This document shows positions 7,149 through 15,640 of a stretch of 19,254 nt of DNA, piece after piece (within the stretch, counting starts at the first letter, position 1; every line of letters starts with the position of its first letter). Both the position numbers and the translations under genes were made by a program. The notes under the pieces were generated by a model, which ran no database searches, had not been told where the DNA came from, and saw only the letters and a list, made by a program, of their open reading frames with translations. Origin of the DNA: Opitutales bacterium (lineage in GTDB: Bacteria > Verrucomicrobiota > Verrucomicrobiia > Opitutales > JABSRG01). The stretch lies in contig JBMYOQ010000076.1 in the NCBI GenBank assembly GCA_049599475.1, positions 1 through 19,254 of the forward strand. Reading direction: 5' to 3'.

Positions 7149-8840
7149 TTATCGAATCCGCTGAATCGCTGCTAGCTGGCTGTTGAACTCCTGCTGGGCC
7201 TGCTCCATCGCCAAAAACGCGTCGACCATGGACTGCTCTTTTGAGGCGATGAAGCGCTCGAGCTGGTCAATTTGGTCATCGATATCGTCGTTGGTATTTT
7301 GCAGAGACTCAGTCTGCACGTCGATGGTGGCATCCTCTTCGATAAAGGTGTCTAGCACCGCATCAATCTGGGCATAAAGACCCTCGGTGGAGTTGTTGAA
7401 TACATCATCCACTTCGCCCGCGAATTCTTCGAGTGCGTCGTCGAGAAGGGTCTCATCTGAGATTTCGAGCTTGTTGGTGCCCGGTTCGAAATCGATTCCC
7501 ATGTCCTGCAGACGCTTGATATTTGCGCCGTCGGTGCTGGTGATCAGGGCCCGGCGGATATCACTAATGGCGCGGCTCATTTCCCTATTATCGGAAAGGA
7601 GGCCCGTTTCGATGTCGCCATTATCGTCGACAGTGATCTCGGTGTTGTTCTCAAGGTAGTCAATCAGATCGTTATACTCAGAGATGAACGTTTCGATCTT
7701 ACTCTTAGCGTTGGAATTATCCACACCGACAGTGACCGTCTCCGTGCCCAGCTCCATCGCTGTGACTGTGAGGCCCTCGATGCCGTGGCTGTCGGAAGTC
7801 AAATTGTTGCTGTTGGAGGTCAGGGTGGATCCTCCATTCAAAGTGTATTCTGCATTTACCCCGAGGGTTACCGTACCACCGCTGGCAATTCCCAGCGCTT
7901 CACCTAGATTTCCCGAAACATCCGTTACGGTGAGGCCGAAGCTACCCGTCGCATCGTTGTTCAGGGTAATACGGTCGGACTCAGCATCGTAGGCTGCGGT
8001 GACCCCTGCGCTCGAGTCGTTGATATTCTGGATTACGGTGTTGATGCTATCAGTATCTTCGTAAGTGATTTCTACTCCATTGATTGAAATAGTACCGGAG
8101 CCACTGACTGCTGTCGCAAAATTTGCATCTGCCAGGCTGTCCGAAAACCTCAAAGCTCCCAAAGCCGAAGTGCTCGAGGTCGAATCGGTGCCGTTCGAAA
8201 ACAGCTTGGTTGCGACAAGGAAATTTGATGTATCGGTGGGGCTACCCAAGACGACTTCTGCACCCGAGCCCGAAGTCAGAGTAATCGAGTCTGTCGTCGA
8301 GTTATAAGAGCCTGTGACATCTCCACTCGTCGCAGTGCTGATCGCATCAAAAACATCTTGGAGCGAATCAGTGGTCTCGATGTCTACCTGTTGCCCATTC
8401 ACGGTGAAAAAGCCTTCAGAGACTTGGACGGACGTAGACATAGTCCCCACAGTCACGCCCGATACATCACTACTCGCGGCAAGCGTGTTAGAAATATCGG
8501 TGGTGCCGGCGCGTTCCGACTGTGTGGCTAGTTGAGTGATGGTGAATTCATAATCACCGGTCAAAGTGTTCTCCTGGGCCAAGGCGGAGAGAACTGTGGA
8601 ATCGGGATCTCCCAAGGAATAGGAGCGCCCGTAGAAAATAGTATCGCTGCTGAGAGTATCTAGGGCTGAGTCTAGATCCTCCATCCGCGAGCCGACATTA
8701 TTAATGGTCGAGATCTTCGTCTCATTGACCAATTTATCGTCTTCGAGGTTCGTGATCTGGATACGATCGAGGGCAATCAATTGATCTACAATTGATCTCC
8801 AGTCCATACCTCCATTGAGGCCTGATAAGGTAACGCCCAT
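7149..8840 (-). CDS. fliD: Flagellar filament cap protein FliD
   Basis: 563 aa. The N-terminus is LSGLNGGMDWRSIVDQLIALD, the middle has NNLTSDSHGIEGLTV and IETFISEYNDL, and the C-terminal coiled coil ends FLAMEQA. Confidence 0.95.
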   Translation of the reverse strand: MGVTLSGLNGGMDWRSIVDQLIALDRIQITNLEDDKLVNETKISTINNVGSRMEDLDSALDTLSSDTIFYGRSYSLGDPDSTVLSALAQENTLTGDYEFTITQLATQSERAGTTDISNTLAASSDVSGVTVGTMSTSVQVSEGFFTVNGQQVDIETTDSLQDVFDAISTATSGDVTGSYNSTTDSITLTSGSGAEVVLGSPTDTSNFLVATKLFSNGTDSTSSTSALGALRFSDSLADANFATAVSGSGTISINGVEITYEDTDSINTVIQNINDSSAGVTAAYDAESDRITLNNDATGSFGLTVTDVSGNLGEALGIASGGTVTLGVNAEYTLNGGSTLTSNSNNLTSDSHGIEGLTVTAMELGTETVTVGVDNSNAKSKIETFISEYNDLIDYLENNTEITVDDNGDIETGLLSDNREMSRAISDIRRALITSTDGANIKRLQDMGIDFEPGTNKLEISDETLLDDALEEFAGEVDDVFNNSTEGLYAQIDAVLDTFIEEDATIDVQTESLQNTNDDIDDQIDQLERFIASKEQSMVDAFLAMEQAQQEFNSQLAAIQRIR

Positions 8841-8865
8841 AATTTAGACAAGTTAGGTCAGATGA

Positions 8866-8892
8866 AGGTCGCCCGCGGCAGGACAATCTTGA
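8866..8892 (-). promoter_or_regulatory. Putative sigma28 (FliA) promoter for fliD
   Basis: On the - strand TCAA-N15-GGCGACCT, 25 bp upstream of the fliD ATG. The spacing and CGAC core are the same as the flgM site. Confidence 0.55.
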
Positions 8893-9020
8893 GAAAAGCT
8901 TTTGGAAAAAAACCGTGTTTGAAATTCGATTACGAATTATCAAAAATAGTGATACTGGGCTTTGTTTATCATCTATATAGCCGAATTAGCATGCTACGGC
9001 TCCTGTTTTGAAATCCTGCA

Positions 9021-11198
9021 ATGCAGCAATCTTCATCAACGCCTGCAAATAGAGGCAAAATTGTCACTTTCCTGAAAACCCACCGCACCTGGATCATGTG
9101 CCTATGGGTGGGGATCGTGATGGGGATGACGCTGCTCCCATGGTTTCAGAGGCTGAAGTTTTTTTATGCAGTCGAGCAATCTTGCCTTTCACTTCGCTTG
9201 CAGTTTCGTGGACAAGAGATACCAGACGAAGATGAGGACAAGATTATCATCTTGGCGGTGGATGACCGATCTTTGGCTCGGGACTTTTCACAACAGGACC
9301 TAGACAACAATTTCGACCTAGAGTTACTGCTGGACCCATGGCCTTGGGATCGAGCCGTCCATGGAATCGTAGCGGATAAGTTGATCCAGGCGGGAGCCAA
9401 AGCGGTGGCCTTCGACTTCGTGTTCCCCACCCCCAATCCTGGCAATGCGGACTTCAAGGAGGTCATCGAGCGATATCCCAATCAAATCGTCCTCGGTTAT
9501 GACTATGTGCCCATGGAGAGCCAGCTGGTTGGAGATATTCGCGTACAAGAAAATTTGCCGATTGAGGAGCTCTTGCCTGAAAATATAGATAATCTGCTCG
9601 GTTTCGTGAATATTGAGCGCGATTCCGACGGAGCACTGCGCCGCGCTAAAGTCTCTACCAATATTTCGGCGGAAAACAGTTATTTCAAAGAAGACCCCGA
9701 AACTTACGAAAAGCTCGTCCGGCGGGCACATTCAACGCCTCTTGAATTATCGCTCGGAGCACGAACAGCCGCTCTAGTCGATCCCGAGTTCGCGGCCAAT
9801 CCGCCCCCCTTCACCTACAGGCCGATCATCAACTATGGAGGCGAGGCCGGCTTCTTCACAACAATCAGCTATCTCGACGTAATCCTTGAAGACCGGTTCG
9901 AGAGTCGGAAAGGCATTTTTAAAGATGCGATCGTCATAGCTGGTCCCTTCGACGACTTTTTTAAGGACGTCATTCCTACACCACTTGGGGACATGTTTGG
10001 AGTCGAAACTCATGCACATGTCTTGCGCTCAATCTTGACCGAAAGCTTCTACAAGCCTCTCAGCGATAAGAAGAATCTGGCTATCATCACCCTCTTCAGC
10101 GGTATCTTGGTAATCGGCAACCTCCGCCTTAAAGCCGCCTGGATGAAGGGAGCTTGGCTATTTGGGATTACCCTCGCCTACTTCGCCTTATCTCAGATCG
10201 CCTTTGAGACCGGGCGCTGGGTAATTCCTTCTGTGCCGGTCATGTGGATCGTAGTCTTCGGAGGCTTCATTTTACTCATTTACGATTTCGTAATCGACCA
10301 GTATGAGCGACAGCAACTACGGGGCTACCTCAATCGCTACGTTTCGCCGGATGTCGCTCGGATCTTAGTCGATAATCGCGATGGTTTTGATCAGTTACTC
10401 CAAGGGGCTAGCCGGCCGATCGCAGTGCTCTTTTCCGATATTCGCGGATTCACGACCCTCAGTGAGCGATATACGCCGCAGGGATTAGTAAATCACCTGA
10501 ACGAATACTTTCAGGGCATGGTCGATTCTATTCTAAATAGACGCGGATCTCTAAACAAATATATCGGAGACGCCATCCTAGCGGTCTGGGGTGATGTGTA
10601 TACCCAAGGCCCGCAAACCGACTGCACCGCGGCAGTGAGTTCGGCCTTGGAGATGGTCACCAAGCTCGAGGCTCTCAACGCAGATTGGGAAAGCCGTGAC
10701 GACCGCCTCCCCTTGGGCATCGGCGTGGGAATCAGTTACGGAGAAGCCTTTGTCGGGAATATGGGACACCCCAACCGCATGGAAGTCGCAGTGATGGGCG
10801 ACGTGGTAAACCTTGGGTCCCGCCTCGAGGGAGCCACCAAGCAGTATGGTTGCGCTGTTCTGGTGAGCGAGGAAGTCGTCAAAAACTCTGATGATACATA
10901 TCAATACCAGGAACTCGACATCATCCAAGTGAAGGGCAAAACGGAAGGTATCCGCATTTACACACCGGTGTGCAAGGTGGATGAAGTCGCCCCGGCCTGG
11001 CTCGAGTCTTGGCATGAAGCTCTAGAAACCTACCGGTCACGTGAATTTGACTTAGCACACGAAAAGTTCACAGAACTAGCCCAAGTATCTCTGGAACTAG
11101 AAAAACAAAGCTCTTTGTATCTAGAACGCTGCCTCGAACTCCAGAAAAACCCGCCACCTGATAATTGGGACTACGTTTTCATTATGACCACGAAATAG
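9021..11198 (+). CDS. CHASE2-domain membrane class III adenylate/guanylate cyclase
   Basis: N-terminal TM, then CHASE2 motifs (IIILAVDDRSL, PWPWDR, GAKAVAFDFVF, DSDGALRR, TPLGDMFGVETHA) and three TM helices. Cyclase motifs are LFSDIRGFT, KYIGDA and GDVVNLGSRLEG. A TPR-like tail ends PPDNWD. Confidence 0.95.
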   Translation: MQQSSSTPANRGKIVTFLKTHRTWIMCLWVGIVMGMTLLPWFQRLKFFYAVEQSCLSLRLQFRGQEIPDEDEDKIIILAVDDRSLARDFSQQDLDNNFDLELLLDPWPWDRAVHGIVADKLIQAGAKAVAFDFVFPTPNPGNADFKEVIERYPNQIVLGYDYVPMESQLVGDIRVQENLPIEELLPENIDNLLGFVNIERDSDGALRRAKVSTNISAENSYFKEDPETYEKLVRRAHSTPLELSLGARTAALVDPEFAANPPPFTYRPIINYGGEAGFFTTISYLDVILEDRFESRKGIFKDAIVIAGPFDDFFKDVIPTPLGDMFGVETHAHVLRSILTESFYKPLSDKKNLAIITLFSGILVIGNLRLKAAWMKGAWLFGITLAYFALSQIAFETGRWVIPSVPVMWIVVFGGFILLIYDFVIDQYERQQLRGYLNRYVSPDVARILVDNRDGFDQLLQGASRPIAVLFSDIRGFTTLSERYTPQGLVNHLNEYFQGMVDSILNRRGSLNKYIGDAILAVWGDVYTQGPQTDCTAAVSSALEMVTKLEALNADWESRDDRLPLGIGVGISYGEAFVGNMGHPNRMEVAVMGDVVNLGSRLEGATKQYGCAVLVSEEVVKNSDDTYQYQELDIIQVKGKTEGIRIYTPVCKVDEVAPAWLESWHEALETYRSREFDLAHEKFTELAQVSLELEKQSSLYLERCLELQKNPPPDNWDYVFIMTTK

Positions 11199-11251
11199 TG
11201 AAGGCTTTCGTCCGTATACATAATCTTGGCCTGAAATATCATACTGAATTT

Positions 11252-14200
11252 ATGGAAACTCAAAACTACGTTAGAATCCTACAGCCCGCTTTGAGTGGGA
11301 TTCTCAGCCTCTTGATCGCAACTCCATTGTGGTCTCAAGACGAGATCCAACCGCTGACCGAATCGACCATTGTCGAAGTAATCAATTCGGTGAATGTCCT
11401 CACTGGCGAAAACCTCGATGCGACCCCGGCGGAGCCCGAGATGCTTTTCCAGGCCCCTGACTTCCTCGAAACCGGCAGACGGTCCCGCGCTCGACTCGAA
11501 GCCGAAGACGGCACGATCACCCGCATTGGCTCAAACACCCTTTTCTCTTTCGACGACGCCAGCCGCACCATCAATCTAAAGCGCGGCTCCCTTCTCTTTC
11601 ATTCACCTGAAGGCCGCGGTGGAGGCCGCGTAGTAACCGCTTCGGCGACAGCGTCTGTACTCGGCACTACGATTGCGGTAGCAGCGACGCCCAACGGTGG
11701 CTTCAAACTGCTTGTCCTCGAAGGCGTGGCCCAGGTCGCCTATCCCGACGGCACTTTCCGCAGACTCACGGCGGGGCAAATGACATTCGTACTTCCCGAC
11801 TCCAGCTCCGGTGGGTCTCAGAGCTCAGGCGGCGGCTCACAAGACAGTGACGACCAAGGCAACGACGACAGTAGCGACGGTGGAGATAGCGGAAGCGATA
11901 ACGATAGCGGAAGCGGCGACAGCAACTCTACCGATGGCGGCTCAGACAACAGTGGCGCCGACAGCTCAGGTAATGATGGTGGATCCGACAGCTCGGGCAG
12001 CGGCGGTTCAGATGCTTCTGGCTCTACCGGCGGCGGTTCCAATGACAGCTCAGGAGGCTCACCAGCAGACCACTCTGGATCTAGTGATCCTGGCGGGGCG
12101 AGCGGAACCAGCGGTGCAGGTGATACATCTGCCGGCGGCAGCTCGCCGGGTCTCGCCTCCAGTGGTCCGAGTCCATCTCCAAGCCCCTCCCCCAGCCCAT
12201 CCCCAACAGGAGGACAACCGGGCCCTGTTATCAATTTTGACTTGGAGCGCATGCAAGAGGGGTCGGCGCTCTTGAATGGATTTTCTACTGAACTACCCAG
12301 TGTAGACAAAATCCAGGTAGCAATCACCGACCAAAAAGTTCTAATCAGCGAGGGTGGTCTTGAAGAAACCGGATCAATCGTGGTAACCGCAGAAGACTCT
12401 GATACACTTGTTGTCGTAGAAGTGGAGCCTGAAAGCTTGAATCCCTTGACCGAACACGACGCCAGCGGAGACGAGATCAAATCCAAGGATCCAGAAGCGG
12501 CACAAGACCAAGAAGACACTTACACGGACTTAGGATTTAATCTCGATGGCAACGGCGACCCGATCACCGGTAGTGATGGCAATCTAGTCCGCGGAGAAGA
12601 CGGCGTGTTACTGGTCGATGAGAACGGAGACGTTATTCGAGATCAAAATGGCGACCCTGTTTTCTTCGACGAGGATGCGCTCCCAGAAGGTTTCGAAACT
12701 GACGACGGAACAGTCGTGTTTGATAGCGCCCCTACTTTCGACGAAAACGGCGACCCCATACTCGTAGACGAAAACGGAGACACCTTCATGGTGGACGAAA
12801 ATGGAAATTTGATCCTCGAGTCTCCTTCGGAACAGCGCTTAAACGCAGCCCTTGCATCCTCAACTAACCCATCTCGAAATGGCTTCAGGACCGAGAACAT
12901 ATTTGAATATCCAGGGGTCGATCTCGCGATTCCAGAAATTCCCGAGGTAGAAGAAGGCCTTCCGATAGGATTTTACGGATACATAGGAGGCAATATTACT
13001 ATGGGTGGTGGTCCTCTGAACGTATCCGACATCCGCATTTCTCAGCCAGGGGCTAATTTTTCCGAGTTCAACATTCTCGCAGTGGACGCCCTTCGCATCA
13101 ACGGAGATCTCAACATCGGAGGATTTGGAGAAAATGCGCTCATCAACATTCTCTCCTTGGGAACCTTCAGTGTCGCTCAAGGCAGTGACATTATCTTCAA
13201 CTCTGCCTCTCCCTCGCTGGCCGGCATTGGCAGTTTCGGCGGCCTAGCTTTTACCGACTCGATCGTCCGCAATTCCAATGGTTCTCTAGATATCATATCC
13301 ATCGAGAACGATCTAGTGCTGCGGGGCTCACGTGTAATCGCAGAAGGAGCCCTGCCCGCTAGCTCATCCCCATTCGAGGGAGATGTTGTAAATCAGCTTT
13401 TCCTCGAGAGTGAACTCGCGAAACTGCGCATACTTGAAGACTCGGTGGTTCGCTCGACCGGGAGTATTTTCCTAAACGCCGACGGCGTAGAGATAGAAGG
13501 CTCACGCGTAAATGCTGCGGAAGACCTAAACATGATCATCGATGGGGATGTAGACATCACCGGTGGGTCAGCGATCCGCGGTAGAGACATCCATTTCGAT
13601 TCATTCGGTTCCAATCTCATTGAGGGGTCCACCATCATAGCAGATTCGCTCATATCTTTCGCAAATTTCGCGGATCACCAAAACAATGATAGCAATACCA
13701 ATAACGACTTCGCAAACACGGTAGAATTCACCGGCATTTCAGTATTCTCTAGTACTCTAGACGCATCGATACTCGAACTAGATTCAGCGGGACTTATCGA
13801 CATTTCCGACTCCTCGCTCACGAGCACCGATTACATCCGCCTGTTCAGTGATTCACAAATCATGATATCGGACATTCCGGAGACGAGCCTTATGCGTGCG
13901 CCTCGCATCGAGATCTCGAGCAATGGCCCCCTGGATATCAGTAACGCAACTATTCGTGCCGGCAGGGACGGACTGGATCTTTACGCAGATGGCAGCGTGT
14001 CGATCAGTGCCGGGTCTGATGTGCGCGGCGGTTTCGTATTCATCGGAGCAGACTCCGAGCAAATCGGAATCAACAACTCCAGTGTCGAAGCGACACGCGA
14101 CCTTCAGATTTTCTCTAGAAACGTAGTCCGGATTGATGCAAGCGAAGTGACCGCGGACTATGTCGAAATCAACGCCGATGTAATCAAATCGCAACTCAGC

Positions 14201-14560
14201 CAATACAACACTACGGACCTGAATCTGTTTGGCGATAGCGAGATCGCCCTGGACCAAATCGATCTCCGAAACCTCACCACGATTAATATGGCGGCGCGCA
14301 CCCTAGTGCTTTCGGATGTCCAGTTCTCCTCCACATCCAGCTCTATTTCTCTGGGCTCTGAAATCGGCGTATTGGCACCTGACCCGAACACGGGAGCGGA
14401 CGCGGTCACCGGATACGTGAACTTTATCGAAAACGTCACTTACGATGGTTCCCCCGCGGAGGACTTTGTGTCCACCCAGCACGGAGGAAACGCCGCTGAA
14501 ACAGATGCGCGCATCGAAATCTACTCCACCACTGCACCTGAGGATATTCCTATGAACTAA
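11252..14560 (+). CDS. Secreted FecR-domain protein with low-complexity linker, DENG repeats and beta-helix-like C-terminal region
   Basis: ATG at 11252 gives a Sec-type signal peptide. The FecR motif is LETGRRSRARLEAEDGTITRIGSNT...TASATASVLGT...VLEG. A G/S/D linker, (PS)n, DENG repeats and repeated I..S.I.A strands follow. Confidence 0.88.
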   Translation: METQNYVRILQPALSGILSLLIATPLWSQDEIQPLTESTIVEVINSVNVLTGENLDATPAEPEMLFQAPDFLETGRRSRARLEAEDGTITRIGSNTLFSFDDASRTINLKRGSLLFHSPEGRGGGRVVTASATASVLGTTIAVAATPNGGFKLLVLEGVAQVAYPDGTFRRLTAGQMTFVLPDSSSGGSQSSGGGSQDSDDQGNDDSSDGGDSGSDNDSGSGDSNSTDGGSDNSGADSSGNDGGSDSSGSGGSDASGSTGGGSNDSSGGSPADHSGSSDPGGASGTSGAGDTSAGGSSPGLASSGPSPSPSPSPSPSPTGGQPGPVINFDLERMQEGSALLNGFSTELPSVDKIQVAITDQKVLISEGGLEETGSIVVTAEDSDTLVVVEVEPESLNPLTEHDASGDEIKSKDPEAAQDQEDTYTDLGFNLDGNGDPITGSDGNLVRGEDGVLLVDENGDVIRDQNGDPVFFDEDALPEGFETDDGTVVFDSAPTFDENGDPILVDENGDTFMVDENGNLILESPSEQRLNAALASSTNPSRNGFRTENIFEYPGVDLAIPEIPEVEEGLPIGFYGYIGGNITMGGGPLNVSDIRISQPGANFSEFNILAVDALRINGDLNIGGFGENALINILSLGTFSVAQGSDIIFNSASPSLAGIGSFGGLAFTDSIVRNSNGSLDIISIENDLVLRGSRVIAEGALPASSSPFEGDVVNQLFLESELAKLRILEDSVVRSTGSIFLNADGVEIEGSRVNAAEDLNMIIDGDVDITGGSAIRGRDIHFDSFGSNLIEGSTIIADSLISFANFADHQNNDSNTNNDFANTVEFTGISVFSSTLDASILELDSAGLIDISDSSLTSTDYIRLFSDSQIMISDIPETSLMRAPRIEISSNGPLDISNATIRAGRDGLDLYADGSVSISAGSDVRGGFVFIGADSEQIGINNSSVEATRDLQIFSRNVVRIDASEVTADYVEINADVIKSQLSQYNTTDLNLFGDSEIALDQIDLRNLTTINMAARTLVLSDVQFSSTSSSISLGSEIGVLAPDPNTGADAVTGYVNFIENVTYDGSPAEDFVSTQHGGNAAETDARIEIYSTTAPEDIPMN

Positions 14561-14608
14561 CCCTTCCGATTATCACCTGCTCTCACATTTAATAAGCTGC
14601 CGTATACT

Positions 14609-15631
14609 ATGAAACTTTCACTGCCCACCCTTAGCCAATCCCTAGCACGCCTCGCCGGAGGGCTTCTTCTCGCCGGAGGCTCTATATTGCACGGACAGAC
14701 TCCGCTTGAGTCCGCAAACGAGTCTCTAGACAAGAGTGCCGCAACTGCAGACTTCAATTCGGGCGTCAGCGAGATCCCGGTATTTTTTGAAGATGAGTTC
14801 GAAGACTTAGGCCCGCAATACCTCCTAAAACCTGGTAAGAAACCTCACGATTGGTTCCGCGCCGTATTCGACAGCCAGTGGCTCTATACATCCAACCCGA
14901 CACTCGCCTCCGACGAGACAGCGGAGCCGACTGACCTTTTCGTGTTTACCGGACAATTCGGTGTATCCCCGCGCACCATCAAATGGCTCGGCGGCGACCT
15001 CAGCTCTCTCACAGGCTATCGGTACCAAATTTTCAAATACGCTTTCGCCACGGACGACAAATTGATCAATGGCTTTCTCGTATCCGAAAATAATTTCACG
15101 GCGCATACTCTGTTTTCCGATGTTCGTTGGACGCGCGACCAATGGGTGGCTCAAGTGGGCCTGCGCTTCACCCGACTTGACAATTCAACGGACCCCGGCG
15201 GCTTTTACAACGAGCTCGTTCCTACTTGGGCTCTATCGCGCAGCTTCAACATAAGCCAGACCACTCAATTCAGCGCCCGATACGATGGCTCCCTCTATGC
15301 AACAAAGAGTGATGCTTTCCGCCTCCAGCGCGATGACTTTAATGATCGGATCTCAAACACTGTATCCATCAATCTCACACACCAGATCTTTAAAAACTTC
15401 TTCTTTCAGCCCTCTGCCCGTGTCAATCACTCCAAATTCACGGATGATCCCACAGGCGACCGCGAAGACCTTACTTGGGGCCTAAACGGCACCCTATCCT
15501 ACCGCTTCGGCGCACACGGCTCGATTCGCTTTTTCACTGGGTATCAGTCCCGCGATTCAAACGGTGTCGGCATAACCGACTATACAAGCCTCGATATCGG
15601 TTGGGGCGCCAATGCTTCATTCCGATTCTAA
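14609..15631 (+). CDS. Outer-membrane beta-barrel protein
   Basis: 340 aa with a signal peptide and alternating aromatic/hydrophobic strands. It ends in WGANASFRF, a terminal-Phe BAM signal. Confidence 0.85.
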   Translation: MKLSLPTLSQSLARLAGGLLLAGGSILHGQTPLESANESLDKSAATADFNSGVSEIPVFFEDEFEDLGPQYLLKPGKKPHDWFRAVFDSQWLYTSNPTLASDETAEPTDLFVFTGQFGVSPRTIKWLGGDLSSLTGYRYQIFKYAFATDDKLINGFLVSENNFTAHTLFSDVRWTRDQWVAQVGLRFTRLDNSTDPGGFYNELVPTWALSRSFNISQTTQFSARYDGSLYATKSDAFRLQRDDFNDRISNTVSINLTHQIFKNFFFQPSARVNHSKFTDDPTGDREDLTWGLNGTLSYRFGAHGSIRFFTGYQSRDSNGVGITDYTSLDIGWGANASFRF

Positions 15632-15640
15632 ATTCCTGCC

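Noticed and set aside
11165..11251. TTG-initiated N-terminal extension of the FecR ORF
   Set aside because: It overlaps the cyclase end, and ATG 11252 gives a proper signal peptide.
11811..12519. 154-aa (+) and 233-aa (-) alternative-frame ORFs
   Set aside because: They are shadows of the low-complexity Gly/Ser linker.
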